A stretch of 52,874 nucleotides of DNA. Origin: a virus. Taxonomy: Duplodnaviria > Caudoviricetes. The notes under the pieces were generated by a model. That model did not search any database. It saw nothing but the letters and a program-made list of their open reading frames with translations, and was not told the origin of the DNA. Shown here piece by piece: positions 29,226 through 38,977 of the stretch. The DNA lies in the IMG/VR virus record IMGVR_UViG_3300023284_000636, positions 1-52,874 of that record; one strand, written 5' to 3'. The position numbers and the translations under genes were made by a program. Each line of letters opens with the position of its first letter. The stretch's first letter is position 1.

Positions 29226-30328
29226 ATGCCGTCTTTATTGTCCCGACTGGCTTAGGTGCTGATATCGGTGGTCACGCTGGGGATGCTGGACCCGCTGTTC
29301 GCCTGATTGCCTCTCTTGTTGATATTCTTATCACCCATCCCAATGCAGTCAACGCATCCGATATAAACGAAATGCCAGATAATGTGTGGTATGTAGAGGG
29401 AATTCTTCTCGACCGTTTTCTGTGGGGAGACGTAAAATTAAAGAGACTAGCATCCCACAACAAAATTCTGGTTGCCACCAATTCTCCGGTCGGCAACAAT
29501 CTAATCAATTCAGTATCAGCTGCGCGATCCACCCTTGGTGCCGAAATAGCAATCGTAGAACTAAAAACTCCCCTGCAATTGGTAGGAAGTATCGACAACA
29601 TGCGGGCTGGTGGGACGGTCAAGGGTTGGAAAGAATTAGTCGTACAGGTTTCTGAGATAGATTTTGATGCTCTGGCCATTGTTTCTGTGATCGAAGTACA
29701 TGAGGATGTGGCATTGGCTTACCTGAGAGGTGAAGGCGGCCCGAATCCCTGGGGTGGAGTCGAGGCCATTGCGTCTAAACTGATATCTGACAAGCTGAAC
29801 AAACCCGTGGCGCATGCTCCTATTGAAAGCGGTGTTCTTAAAACATTTCAGGATATTGTTGATCCACGTATGGCCGCGGAGATGGTTTCGATTAGTTATA
29901 TTCATTCAGTCCTGAAAGGATTACATCGCGCCCCGATTCCCTGTGATGCTGGTCTGGGATCAGACGATATCTCTGTGCTTATCAGCCCAATCGGATGTTT
30001 CGGAGAGCCTCACGAAATTTGCGACGAGTATGGCATCCCCATCATATTTGTTAAAGAGAATGTTCTGGAATCATCAGTCGACGTTCCGCAAAAGTCTACA
30101 CATTTAATAGTTGCTAACTATTGGGAGGCCGCTGGTGTGTTGGCCTGTATGAATGCCTCGGTAAATGTACGATCTGTTAGGCGGCCTTTGAATCCGACCC
30201 TAGTTATTAACTCAGAGTACTACGAGTCTCATGCCGACAGAATTTGGTTTGAGGTTGATAAGGTTTACGAAACGAGATGGGATTGCATAGGCGAACGGGT
30301 GGCGCCCGTGTGGAGGATTGCGGCATGA
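29222..30328 (+). CDS. DUF3326-family protein
   Basis: IVPTGLGADIGGHAGDA, LITHPNAVNA, YVEG..LDRF, NPWGGVEA, PVAHAP, DPRMAAE, VLKGLHRAP. Confidence 0.82.
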   Translation: MNAVFIVPTGLGADIGGHAGDAGPAVRLIASLVDILITHPNAVNASDINEMPDNVWYVEGILLDRFLWGDVKLKRLASHNKILVATNSPVGNNLINSVSAARSTLGAEIAIVELKTPLQLVGSIDNMRAGGTVKGWKELVVQVSEIDFDALAIVSVIEVHEDVALAYLRGEGGPNPWGGVEAIASKLISDKLNKPVAHAPIESGVLKTFQDIVDPRMAAEMVSISYIHSVLKGLHRAPIPCDAGLGSDDISVLISPIGCFGEPHEICDEYGIPIIFVKENVLESSVDVPQKSTHLIVANYWEAAGVLACMNASVNVRSVRRPLNPTLVINSEYYESHADRIWFEVDKVYETRWDCIGERVAPVWRIAA

Positions 30329-30919
30329 AAATAATCATCAAAATACTAAGCTATTTCCTCATATTCAGATGGGGCAGACTTAGGACACTTAGTCAGCGGC
30401 ATTGGTTGAAAAAAGATCATGCGCGCTATAATAGGCCAACCCTATGACGTGCAGATGGCATGTATATGGCACAGATGGAACCGTTCAGATGTGTCGGTGT
30501 GATATCGTCGGGGCTGGTAGTTTCTGCAACGATCACCAGATCGAGTTCGATCATAGATGGGATCACAGTGATGCGGATCCAATCGAGGATTTATATGAAG
30601 CGATGAAAGTCTTTTCACCAACCGATGAGGCGAAGAAATACTGGGAGCAGAAAATTTCACAGCATAAAAAACAGAAAACGCAATGACAGAAATTTATGTA
30701 ATCATCAATGAAAACGAACTTAGGGGAGTCGCTATTTTAGATAAAGAAACCTTGATCAAGTTTAATGAGGAAGGCTCTCTGGAGGGTAGACAAGTTTTGA
30801 TTTGTTCAACAGAAAAGTCTTTTGTTATAAAGGCTGGGCAGCTAAAAGAAAGAGAATATAAATTTGAATTAATGCCATGAGATTCTAATCTATATAGGAA
30901 GACGAAGGAGGTGGCGACA

Positions 30920-32332
30920 ATGATCATAAATGACCTTATCAATGCCGGTCGAGCCGCTGGAATCACGGATCAAATAAGGGGACGCCGGAATTTCAGGACA
31001 TTAAAGGGGACAACCGGGACCGAAAACTTCTCTGGACAGATCATAAGTGAGGACGAGAATAAAGAATGGGACGACCCATCCAAGTCTGTCGAAAATGTCG
31101 ACATAATGAGGAAGTCCTGCGTCAGAGTTCGTCAGAGCATGATGATCCTCAAAACCCCGATCCTGGGGTCGACTATTAGGATCGAGCCAGCGAGTGAAGA
31201 CAATGTTGACATAAAAATTGCTGAGTTCGTGGAAAAAAATCTATTCGACAGTCCGTTCTTCAGATGGGACGATGTACTCAGCCAGCAATTGACATATCTT
31301 GACTTTGGTCATTCTATTCTCGAAAAAGCATACAAACGGCGTGAAGGCCAAATATGGCTGTCTAATCTTGAGTTCAGAAAACAGAAAACAATCTTCGAGT
31401 GGGATGCCCCTATGGGACAACTTAAAGAAGTGCGTCAGACTGACTTTAGTGTAACCTCTGAACGTGTTCCTCAGCCAATGCCGGCTGAACAGATTGTCCT
31501 TTCTACATACGAGAGGGAAGGAAACAATTTTGCGGGGTTTCCTGCAGTGCGCCCAGCATGGATCAACTGGAAGGCCAAGATGTTTCTGATCAAGGGTGAT
31601 ATGGTTAACTATGAGAGATTTGGAATGGGGATTCCAATGATAAAAAACTTGAAATCAGGAGATATACCTGATGAAGCTATTGATGCTATAAAAGAGTTAA
31701 GATCAAATTCAGAAGGATTTGTTGCTCAGACCAAAGATTGGGAATTAAGCATCTTTGGCGGAGGAGAACAAAGAGGGAATACTGTGATTGATATGGTCAC
31801 TTGGCATGATCATCAAATTGTCTTCAACGTAATGGGGAACTTCATGACTAAGGGTGAAGGTGCGACTGGTAGTTTTGCACTGACCAAGGTCGGTGCCGAT
31901 ATGTTTTTCTGCGGCGTTGAACGAGAAGCAAACCGCATCGAGAACATCTGGAACGAGCCGTCAGGCCTTATGGCGCAAATCCCCCAGCTGGTCGAATTTA
32001 ACTTCCCTGGAGCTAAGTCTCCAAAACTTCGGATTGAGAACCTTAAATTCGACGACCTTGATGGATTCGCATCTAGGCTCGAGAAGTATGTCAGGGCTGG
32101 TGCTTTTGATTCTACCGATGATATAAAGCGGTGGATTAGGGAAAGAGAAAAGGCTCCACTGCTGGGACTCGAAGAGGAGCAGTTAGATGACATGGCCAAT
32201 ATCGCCCCGACCATAAAAAGAATCAATGGCGGCCGGCCTTATATCTTACAATATTCCCGCGGGCGGGGTGGTCGTATACTAAGACTTCAAGGAGTTAAGA
32301 AAACGACACCAAGTATCAGAGTAGCAGCTTGA
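30920..32332 (+). CDS. Portal protein (Mu gp29/DUF935-like)
   Basis: FGHSILEK, ERFGMGIP, GSFAL, LVEFNF..P motifs; position between terminase and head genes. Confidence 0.85.
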   Translation: MIINDLINAGRAAGITDQIRGRRNFRTLKGTTGTENFSGQIISEDENKEWDDPSKSVENVDIMRKSCVRVRQSMMILKTPILGSTIRIEPASEDNVDIKIAEFVEKNLFDSPFFRWDDVLSQQLTYLDFGHSILEKAYKRREGQIWLSNLEFRKQKTIFEWDAPMGQLKEVRQTDFSVTSERVPQPMPAEQIVLSTYEREGNNFAGFPAVRPAWINWKAKMFLIKGDMVNYERFGMGIPMIKNLKSGDIPDEAIDAIKELRSNSEGFVAQTKDWELSIFGGGEQRGNTVIDMVTWHDHQIVFNVMGNFMTKGEGATGSFALTKVGADMFFCGVEREANRIENIWNEPSGLMAQIPQLVEFNFPGAKSPKLRIENLKFDDLDGFASRLEKYVRAGAFDSTDDIKRWIREREKAPLLGLEEEQLDDMANIAPTIKRINGGRPYILQYSRGRGGRILRLQGVKKTTPSIRVAA

Positions 32333-32802
32333 GACAAGTTACAGACGAGATGGTTAAGACGATAACGAATGGGGGTGGCATTCACTTCGATGGATTCATT
32401 TTTAGTATAGAAGCTGGATATTTCCTTCATCCAAAGAGTCCGCAGAATTTGGAGACCATATTGCAAGCCGTTTCGAGCGACGGGAAAACAATACATACCC
32501 GGGGTGTTGTGTTAGCCAGTAATAATAAGATCAAGATAGCAATTCAGGATATTTTGCAGGACATACATTCCAGCATGCATCTCCCAGAGTCAGTATATAA
32601 TAATATAATTCGCCTCGATACCGAACACAGATGTCAAAATCAAAAGTGTAACCCAGCTGGCAAGCGTCGTCTTCTATTCGTTTCAGCAGGCCCTATGGTG
32701 CAAGCTATACAAATAAAATGCAATGGATGTGGATTGCTTAACACCTTCTGGAAGAACCGGATCGACTTCGATGAGTATGGTGCATTGAGGATGACAAAAT
32801 AA
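32329..32802 (+). CDS. Protein with C-terminal Mu Com-like zinc ribbon
   Basis: RC..C...RLLF...IQIKCNGCGLLN. Confidence 0.6.
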   Translation: MRQVTDEMVKTITNGGGIHFDGFIFSIEAGYFLHPKSPQNLETILQAVSSDGKTIHTRGVVLASNNKIKIAIQDILQDIHSSMHLPESVYNNIIRLDTEHRCQNQKCNPAGKRRLLFVSAGPMVQAIQIKCNGCGLLNTFWKNRIDFDEYGALRMTK

Positions 32803-32822
32803 AATAATTTAGAGGATTGATT

Positions 32823-32954
32823 ATGGGCATTCAATCAGAACATTTCCCTAAAGAATTTAACGAACTTTTCAAACTCTATGATGAACCGGATAGAGACAAA
32901 AAGGATGTTGCATATCGTATTTGGTGTGCTCTAAAGGAGAAAGAAAGCAAATGA
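32823..32954 (+). CDS. Small ORF ending ALKEKESK at a junction-repeat copy
   Basis: MGIQSEHF...WCALKEKESK; repeat at 32934-32953. Confidence 0.55.
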   Translation: MGIQSEHFPKEFNELFKLYDEPDRDKKDVAYRIWCALKEKESK

Positions 32955-32970
32955 AACGATGGAGGAAACT

Positions 32971-33915
32971 ATGAGAGAGAAATATTTGATAGTAAACGGC
33001 TGGGGCGGAGGACTGCGCGGCATTCCAGCGATAATGTTTTGGCAGAGGTTGATCAAGATCTTCCCTGGGCTTCGGGAACGAGTAGATCTGTTCGGAGGTG
33101 TGTCGATCGGGGCACTGACTTTCGGAGGGATTGCTCGAGGTTTAAAAATTGAGACTATTTTCGAGCTCATTCACGACCGGGCCGATGTGATATTCAAGAA
33201 AACTCTTTGGGACAAAATCAAGAGCTTAGACGGCTGGATAGCCCCAGAATATAATGTCAGAAATATGTTCTCCGCGATCCAGGATGCAGTTGGTAATACA
33301 ACTAAACTTCAGGACGTTGAGAAGTCTTTGATCGTCACGACATTCGATATGTCCAGATTCAAAATGAAGTTTTATGAAAACCTCACTGGTTTCGATGACA
33401 GCGTGTATCTGTCTCGTGCCTTGACTCAGAGCGCGGTAGCCCCGGTCAAATTCGGAACCTGGAAGGGCGGATATGACGGCGGCGTATACGGCAAGAACTC
33501 TGCCCTCTGGGCTCTGGCACAGGCGCTTGATCCTAGAAATATTGGAAACGAACGTCATCGACACGCTGGTCAAGATGGTAAGAATCCCAGATTGGAGAAT
33601 ATATGGGTTCTAGATTTTGGAACTGGCAATCCGCCAGCTAAAGATCCGGAACATGGCCGAGAGTGGAACTATGGGAAAATACAGTTCGCCGCGAATCTGA
33701 TCCCCGGGATTTTCCTAGATGGGTTGCACGGCGCAATCGAGTTTAGTTTAAAGACGATCCTCGGTGAACGCTATCACCTAGTCAATTTTGACATGGAGCG
33801 TAAGATAGAAATGGACGACCTAAAGGCACGTCCGGAGCTGGTCGAAATAGGCCAGAAGACGGTACTATTGGACACCGTGACCTGGCTCCGCAAATTCGAC
33901 CTGGATATGGAATGA
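32971..33915 (+). CDS. Patatin-like phospholipase
   Basis: GGGLRG oxyanion loop, GVSIG nucleophile, SAVAP and DGG motifs. Confidence 0.88.
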   Translation: MREKYLIVNGWGGGLRGIPAIMFWQRLIKIFPGLRERVDLFGGVSIGALTFGGIARGLKIETIFELIHDRADVIFKKTLWDKIKSLDGWIAPEYNVRNMFSAIQDAVGNTTKLQDVEKSLIVTTFDMSRFKMKFYENLTGFDDSVYLSRALTQSAVAPVKFGTWKGGYDGGVYGKNSALWALAQALDPRNIGNERHRHAGQDGKNPRLENIWVLDFGTGNPPAKDPEHGREWNYGKIQFAANLIPGIFLDGLHGAIEFSLKTILGERYHLVNFDMERKIEMDDLKARPELVEIGQKTVLLDTVTWLRKFDLDME

Positions 33916-34586
33916 AATTTAAAGTTGAAATTCGAAGAGATAGTTTTTCCGCTGTAAGACCAGAGGCTGAACAGATTGACGGTAATGTTTATAATTTCGA
34001 ACTAGGCTGGCTAATTGAAAAAAGCGATTCTTCAATATATAAAAACGAGAATGCCATGATTCCGATAGATTTGGATTACCCAAATAATGCACCGTCCTGG
34101 ATTGCTTCAGGTGATTTAATTGAAGTCAAAACAATTAACAATCATGAAATACGAAATAGAATGCAGTTTAATGTTAAGGGATGACTTTGGTTTTCCCGCA
34201 ACCATTGCACGTTCGATGGCTGAAAGATATGCTACTCAAGCGAAAGATTTAGCTGAGTTCCCAACTATGAGTACAGAAAAGTTTCTTGCTGAATTTACAA
34301 AAGACGTTAAGCCCCTTTATGGGGAATTAAATAAAAAAACTGCTAATTTTTAGCAATTCGTGATTAGGTTGACATGAATGAATTAATTGAGAAAAGAATT
34401 TTTGGGTATATCGACCCCTATCCCCCTGTTCCGGAAAGTTGGAAGGATGAAGTTTTTCGTTTTATTGAAAGGGTTGAGAAGGAATGTCCCGAAATGCTCG
34501 ATTCAGTTATTGACGGATTGTCCAAAACACAGCAAGGTATGTTGCGCGAGATTGAAAAAATGCTTTTTGGAAAAGGTAGACAATAG
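33912..34586 (+). other. Small hypothetical ORFs (33912-34184, 34144-34353, 34374-34586)
   Basis: ORF track. Confidence 0.5.
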
Positions 34587-34780
34587 GGAGTATAGCGAAA
34601 CATGAATAACGATACACAAAAACAACTTGACGAATTTCACGATGCTTGCGTTGCCCTATTTGTGGAAATCGCTAAATCGTTAAAGCTGTTTGAAATCTGT
34701 GATTGGTTGACAAAAAAACTTAATAATTTGAAATAATGCCAACCAGTAAAGAAATATAACCAGCTTAGTGTAAAAAACTC

Positions 34781-34810
34781 TTGACATTAACTGATCTTTT
34801 TTCTTATTAT
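34781..34810 (+). promoter_or_regulatory. Sigma70-like promoter TTGACA-18-TATTAT ahead of the head-tail operon
   Basis: Near-consensus hexamers. Confidence 0.65.
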
Positions 34811-34827
34811 GTGAAACATATACACAT

Positions 34828-34982
34828 CCTGTCTTATTAACTCGAGGATTTCCAGTCAGCGGCTCCCTTCCACGAGGGCCGCTGACAACCTTTTAAAAGA
34901 CAGGCATCGACAACTGCAGAGGCTTCTTGAAAGCCCGATGAGATTGAGTCAACACTCGATCCTATCGGGCTTTTTTTGTTTT
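34828..34982 (+). ncRNA. Structured leader with terminator-like hairpin
   Basis: cctgtctt/aagacagg enclosing gtcagcggctc/gggccgctgac; aaagcccgat/atcgggcttt followed by T-run. Confidence 0.55.
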
Positions 34983-35242
34983 AGGAGGTATCATGAAAAC
35001 ACCGTTTTGGCAGAGGTTTAAAGAATGGATTTGTGAACATTCAGGCCATAAGATTAAAGGTGAAACCTGGATATGGCTAGGTGTTAAATATTTTAATTGT
35101 GGAAGATGTCGCACAGTATGTGAAGCCTGTGTGACACCGATCACACCTTGGCCTAGAATATAAGAGATTCATGCAAAGCCATGATACAATTTATTGAAGT
35201 CGGAGGATTTCACTCTGCGGAATATTTAGGAGTTAAGCCGAC

Positions 35243-37549
35243 ATGCGAAGACCAGGACAGAATCTCAATTCAGTTGGTGAAGAAATCACACTCGAGGAAG
35301 CAACTGAAATCTCAAATGAGTGGATCGAAAAGTTATCGCCATTCTGCAAAGAAATAAGTGAAGCCGGCACTGTTCGGAGAAAAGACCGTGAAACTACAAA
35401 TGACATTGACATCGTTCTTATTCGGGACTCGGAGAAACAGAAAGAATTTTCCGATCTCGTTGATTCCCTGGAAAAGATAAAAGGTAAATCTGATGGCAAA
35501 TGGTGTCTGCGTAAATTGCCGAATAGTGTCTTACTCGATATTCGAATGTGTTCCGAGGATGATTGGGGTTGGAATTTATTTAGGCACACCGGGCCGACTT
35601 CATTCCATATTTTTGCAATGGAGGAGCTTGAAGGTACAGATAAAGATTTCAAAACTGAGGAAGATGTTTTTGATGCCCTGGGCATTGATTTCATTGAGCC
35701 TGGCGAACGGGCACTTTTAGAAACTAAGGAGACCGATACCATGAACTGGATTGAGCGAATGAAATCTAAAAAACATATTGGCACAGTTTCAGTCAGACAA
35801 ATTGAAGGCAAGAAACATGAAAAACATGCCGAGATTTCTATTCGGGGATCGATTGGTGCCGGATTTTTTGAAGAAGGTGTAACCGACAAAAGCATTGCCA
35901 ACGCTCTGAAGGAGGTTGGTAAAGTCGATGTTCTGGATGTTAGGATAAATTCTGGAGGAGGTAGTGTTTTTGATGCGTTTTCAATTTTCACTCAGTTCAG
36001 AAAATTTGATGCTAAAATAGTTACAATCATTGAGGGTATTGCGGCAAGCGCTGCGGCATTTATTTCGCAAGCAGGAGATGAGCGAGAAATGTCAGGCAAC
36101 GCCCTGTTTATGATTCACGAGTCCAGCGGTGGTGCGGTTGGCAACAAAAAAACAATTGGCAAGTTGCATAGTCTTTTGATGAAAATAGACAAAATTCTTG
36201 AGACCACATTTAACAAGGCTAGCAGTATTAATCTGACCGAAATAAAAAAATTGATGGACGACGAAACATTCCTCACGGCGCAGGAAGCCATTGATAAAGG
36301 ATTTATTGATACAATCACCGATGACAGCGATGTCGAGCCTCACATCTCTCCAGATGATAATCAGAATGAACTTTTTGTGGATATCTACAAACGTCACGCT
36401 AAAGATTTTGAGACGGACGAATCCAGCTTTGACAGTATTTCAAAATTAGTCGAAAACGAGATGACTCCGGATAAGTTTTCGACTGAGCCATATCGTCCAT
36501 CTGGCGATTTTGACAAACTTTCCATTTCAAATCTTCCCTGTATCGATGAAAACGGGGTTGTCAATATAAACGGTCTGAGGTATTTGAAAGCCAGACTTCC
36601 TCTCACTTCTCTGAATGGCGAATCCTATTTTGAAAAACGTGAAGTTATTGAAAATTGGATTAATCTAACAGAGAGTCGGTTTGATGCAGAGAAAAAGCTG
36701 GGCAAATATTCTGATGACAAATTACCCTTCAGGATTGTCCTGGATGTTGACATAGACGGGAAACCACAATCATTTATTCAAACTGAGGAGAATATTCAAA
36801 TGAATGCCTTAATTATGAACGCCCTGGGCGTTAACGACGAAACTGAGGTCTTGGATGCCATTTCTAAACTGAAAGAGTTAAATGCGACCACGAACATTGT
36901 CACCAATGTCACTCCTCCGGTAGCTACCTTGGAACAAACCGTAGGACCCATTCCTGTGGCAACTCTTCCTATTGCCGATCCGGGTGTTATTTCAAACCCA
37001 GATGCAGAGCGATTGGCTAAAATTGAAACTCAGGTTGCTCAAGTTCTTAGCCAAAACACCACTCTCATTGCAGAAAATCATCGTCTCCAAAAGGTGAAAG
37101 ACATTGCAATGGATAAGGTTGAGGAAGTGGTGCAATTCAAGAACACATCACTTATCAATCAGCGCCGGAAATTCATCGACGAGTTGTTCTATACCAAACG
37201 CAAGCTCAATCCAGTGCAATATAAGAAAGCAATTGAAGACTTTGTTAACATTGATCCGAAGGATGTACCGGAAACAGAGAGTCTTTACAATCTCTCGATT
37301 CAACTTTTTGAGACGAACGAGACTAATCCCAAAATGGAAGTCCTGAAAGGTGTTGACGGAGGTGTGATTGTAGCAGAGGACATAGCGGTAAGATATGAAA
37401 AAGCTTTCGATGCCATCATCAAGGAGAATGGCTTAGATCCAGATGATGAGAACGATCTGGCTAAGGCTATGGATATCCTAAACAAAAAGGATCCTAAGCT
37501 TTGCGAGGATTACAATAAAGCTGTTACCGGATCTTCCGAGAAACAGTAA
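35243..37549 (+). CDS. PolX-like nucleotidyltransferase domain fused to ClpP-type prohead protease and scaffold
   Basis: AGTVRR..DIDIV, LLDI, LFRHTGP..F, TEEDVFDALGIDFIEP.ER; then INSGGGSV, GIAASAA, FMIHE, ETFLTAQEA..GFID; coiled-coil C-terminus; internal RBS+ATG at 35741 and 36800. Confidence 0.85.
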   Translation: MRRPGQNLNSVGEEITLEEATEISNEWIEKLSPFCKEISEAGTVRRKDRETTNDIDIVLIRDSEKQKEFSDLVDSLEKIKGKSDGKWCLRKLPNSVLLDIRMCSEDDWGWNLFRHTGPTSFHIFAMEELEGTDKDFKTEEDVFDALGIDFIEPGERALLETKETDTMNWIERMKSKKHIGTVSVRQIEGKKHEKHAEISIRGSIGAGFFEEGVTDKSIANALKEVGKVDVLDVRINSGGGSVFDAFSIFTQFRKFDAKIVTIIEGIAASAAAFISQAGDEREMSGNALFMIHESSGGAVGNKKTIGKLHSLLMKIDKILETTFNKASSINLTEIKKLMDDETFLTAQEAIDKGFIDTITDDSDVEPHISPDDNQNELFVDIYKRHAKDFETDESSFDSISKLVENEMTPDKFSTEPYRPSGDFDKLSISNLPCIDENGVVNINGLRYLKARLPLTSLNGESYFEKREVIENWINLTESRFDAEKKLGKYSDDKLPFRIVLDVDIDGKPQSFIQTEENIQMNALIMNALGVNDETEVLDAISKLKELNATTNIVTNVTPPVATLEQTVGPIPVATLPIADPGVISNPDAERLAKIETQVAQVLSQNTTLIAENHRLQKVKDIAMDKVEEVVQFKNTSLINQRRKFIDELFYTKRKLNPVQYKKAIEDFVNIDPKDVPETESLYNLSIQLFETNETNPKMEVLKGVDGGVIVAEDIAVRYEKAFDAIIKENGLDPDDENDLAKAMDILNKKDPKLCEDYNKAVTGSSEKQ

Positions 37550-37619
37550 AAAGACGCAACTATTTTTTTATTAACCTATAACCTAAATTTTTAATTTCTA
37601 AACTAAGGAGAAATTTATT

Positions 37620-38006
37620 ATGGCTTTCGCAGCGTCTAGTCAAGTTCCAGACGAATCTTATCAGATCAGCGAAGACCTGTCGGCCAAACAATACCATGTG
37701 ATGAAACAAGGCACGACCTTGAAGTCTGCCCTGATTGCTGATACGGCTGGAGAAGTCGTAATCGGCATCCTTCAGGACACCGGCTTAAATGGGTCGTCAG
37801 ATGTGGAGCATGGTTTGGTTAGGATCGTAGGTGAGAGCTTGTGTAAGATTGGCGGTACGATATCCATTGATGACCCGCTTCAAGCAGATACAGATGGTAT
37901 GGCTATTGTCGGCACGACAGCCGATCATATCTTTGCCCGTGCGCTTGAGGATGGTGTTGATGGGGATTTAATCCGTTGTATTATTTCGTCTGAAGGAATC
38001 TTTTAA
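37620..38006 (+). CDS. Head decoration/cement protein
   Basis: VIGILQD..V...G..GG.I..D.L..D.DG.A..A.ALE....GD pattern; between protease and capsid genes. Confidence 0.75.
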   Translation: MAFAASSQVPDESYQISEDLSAKQYHVMKQGTTLKSALIADTAGEVVIGILQDTGLNGSSDVEHGLVRIVGESLCKIGGTISIDDPLQADTDGMAIVGTTADHIFARALEDGVDGDLIRCIISSEGIF

Positions 38007-38025
38007 CTAAGCGGAGGTATGAATT

Positions 38026-38976
38026 ATGTCTAGCAAATTTGGACGAGCGAATCCGCTTTTGACAAGGCTTTCCTTAGCAAGGCGGAATAGTGCAGATAGT
38101 TATGTCGCTGAACACGTTGCTCCATCTATCAAGGTGGGTCCGACGAGTTTTGGCGAATATTATGAGTTTAACGAAAAGAACAACATGCAACTCCCGGAGA
38201 ACCAAAAAGCTTCTGGCGGTGTTTCCCGTGAACTGACTATGGATGCGGCTCTCCTGACATTTAAAACTGTCGGATATGGTTCGCGGATGGGTTATACCCA
38301 AAAGGAACTCGATGATTTTGGCGGTCCGGAGCTGGCGCTTCAAAGAGTCAAGATGAATATCGTCACCGATTCCGACATGAACGCCCACGAGAAGCGTGTT
38401 GGAGATTTGGTCACCACGGCTGCTAGTTATGCTACGGCCAACAAGGCTACCCTTGCAGGTGCTAATCAATGGAGTGATATATCAAGCGATCCATTTGGAG
38501 ATATTGTTACTGCAAAGATTGCAATAAATAACGATTCCAATGTAGAGCCGAATGCGATGGTTGTTTCTTATTCTAACTTCTGGACGGGGTTAGCGACACA
38601 CCCGGATATTCTTTCACGAGTCCAGGCACAGCAAAAAGATTCTGGATTGAAATCTGTTACCCCTGCTCTAGTTGGTTCTCTTTTCGATCTTGATTTGAGA
38701 GTAGCAAGAGCCCGGTTTATCAGTTCGAATCCTGGTCAAGCCACTGTGACCAAAGCGAGTATTTGGGGAAACTTCGCACTTATTTTTCATAAAACACCAA
38801 CTCCTGCTAAGGAGATTATCAGTTTGGCTTACACGTTTGCATTGCAGAATTTCATCATGCGCACTTACTTTGACGAGCCGAGTAAGAAGACGTTTGTTGA
38901 CAACGACCACGATGTACAGACCAAACTGATCGCTGCAGGTGTTGGATTTTTAATAACCAACCCAACTGCAACCTAA
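38026..38976 (+). CDS. Major capsid protein
   Basis: NPLLT.LS..VAE.VAP..V, QWSD..SDP..DI, PN.MV, HPDIL, AG.GFLI.N; size and position. Confidence 0.85.
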   Translation: MSSKFGRANPLLTRLSLARRNSADSYVAEHVAPSIKVGPTSFGEYYEFNEKNNMQLPENQKASGGVSRELTMDAALLTFKTVGYGSRMGYTQKELDDFGGPELALQRVKMNIVTDSDMNAHEKRVGDLVTTAASYATANKATLAGANQWSDISSDPFGDIVTAKIAINNDSNVEPNAMVVSYSNFWTGLATHPDILSRVQAQQKDSGLKSVTPALVGSLFDLDLRVARARFISSNPGQATVTKASIWGNFALIFHKTPTPAKEIISLAYTFALQNFIMRTYFDEPSKKTFVDNDHDVQTKLIAAGVGFLITNPTAT

Positions 38977-38977
38977 A

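Noticed and set aside
32971-33915. Complete CBASS system (patatin plus nucleotidyltransferase at 35243)
   Set aside because: The nucleotidyltransferase has a PolX thumb signature rather than CD-NTase features and is separated by other ORFs and a promoter
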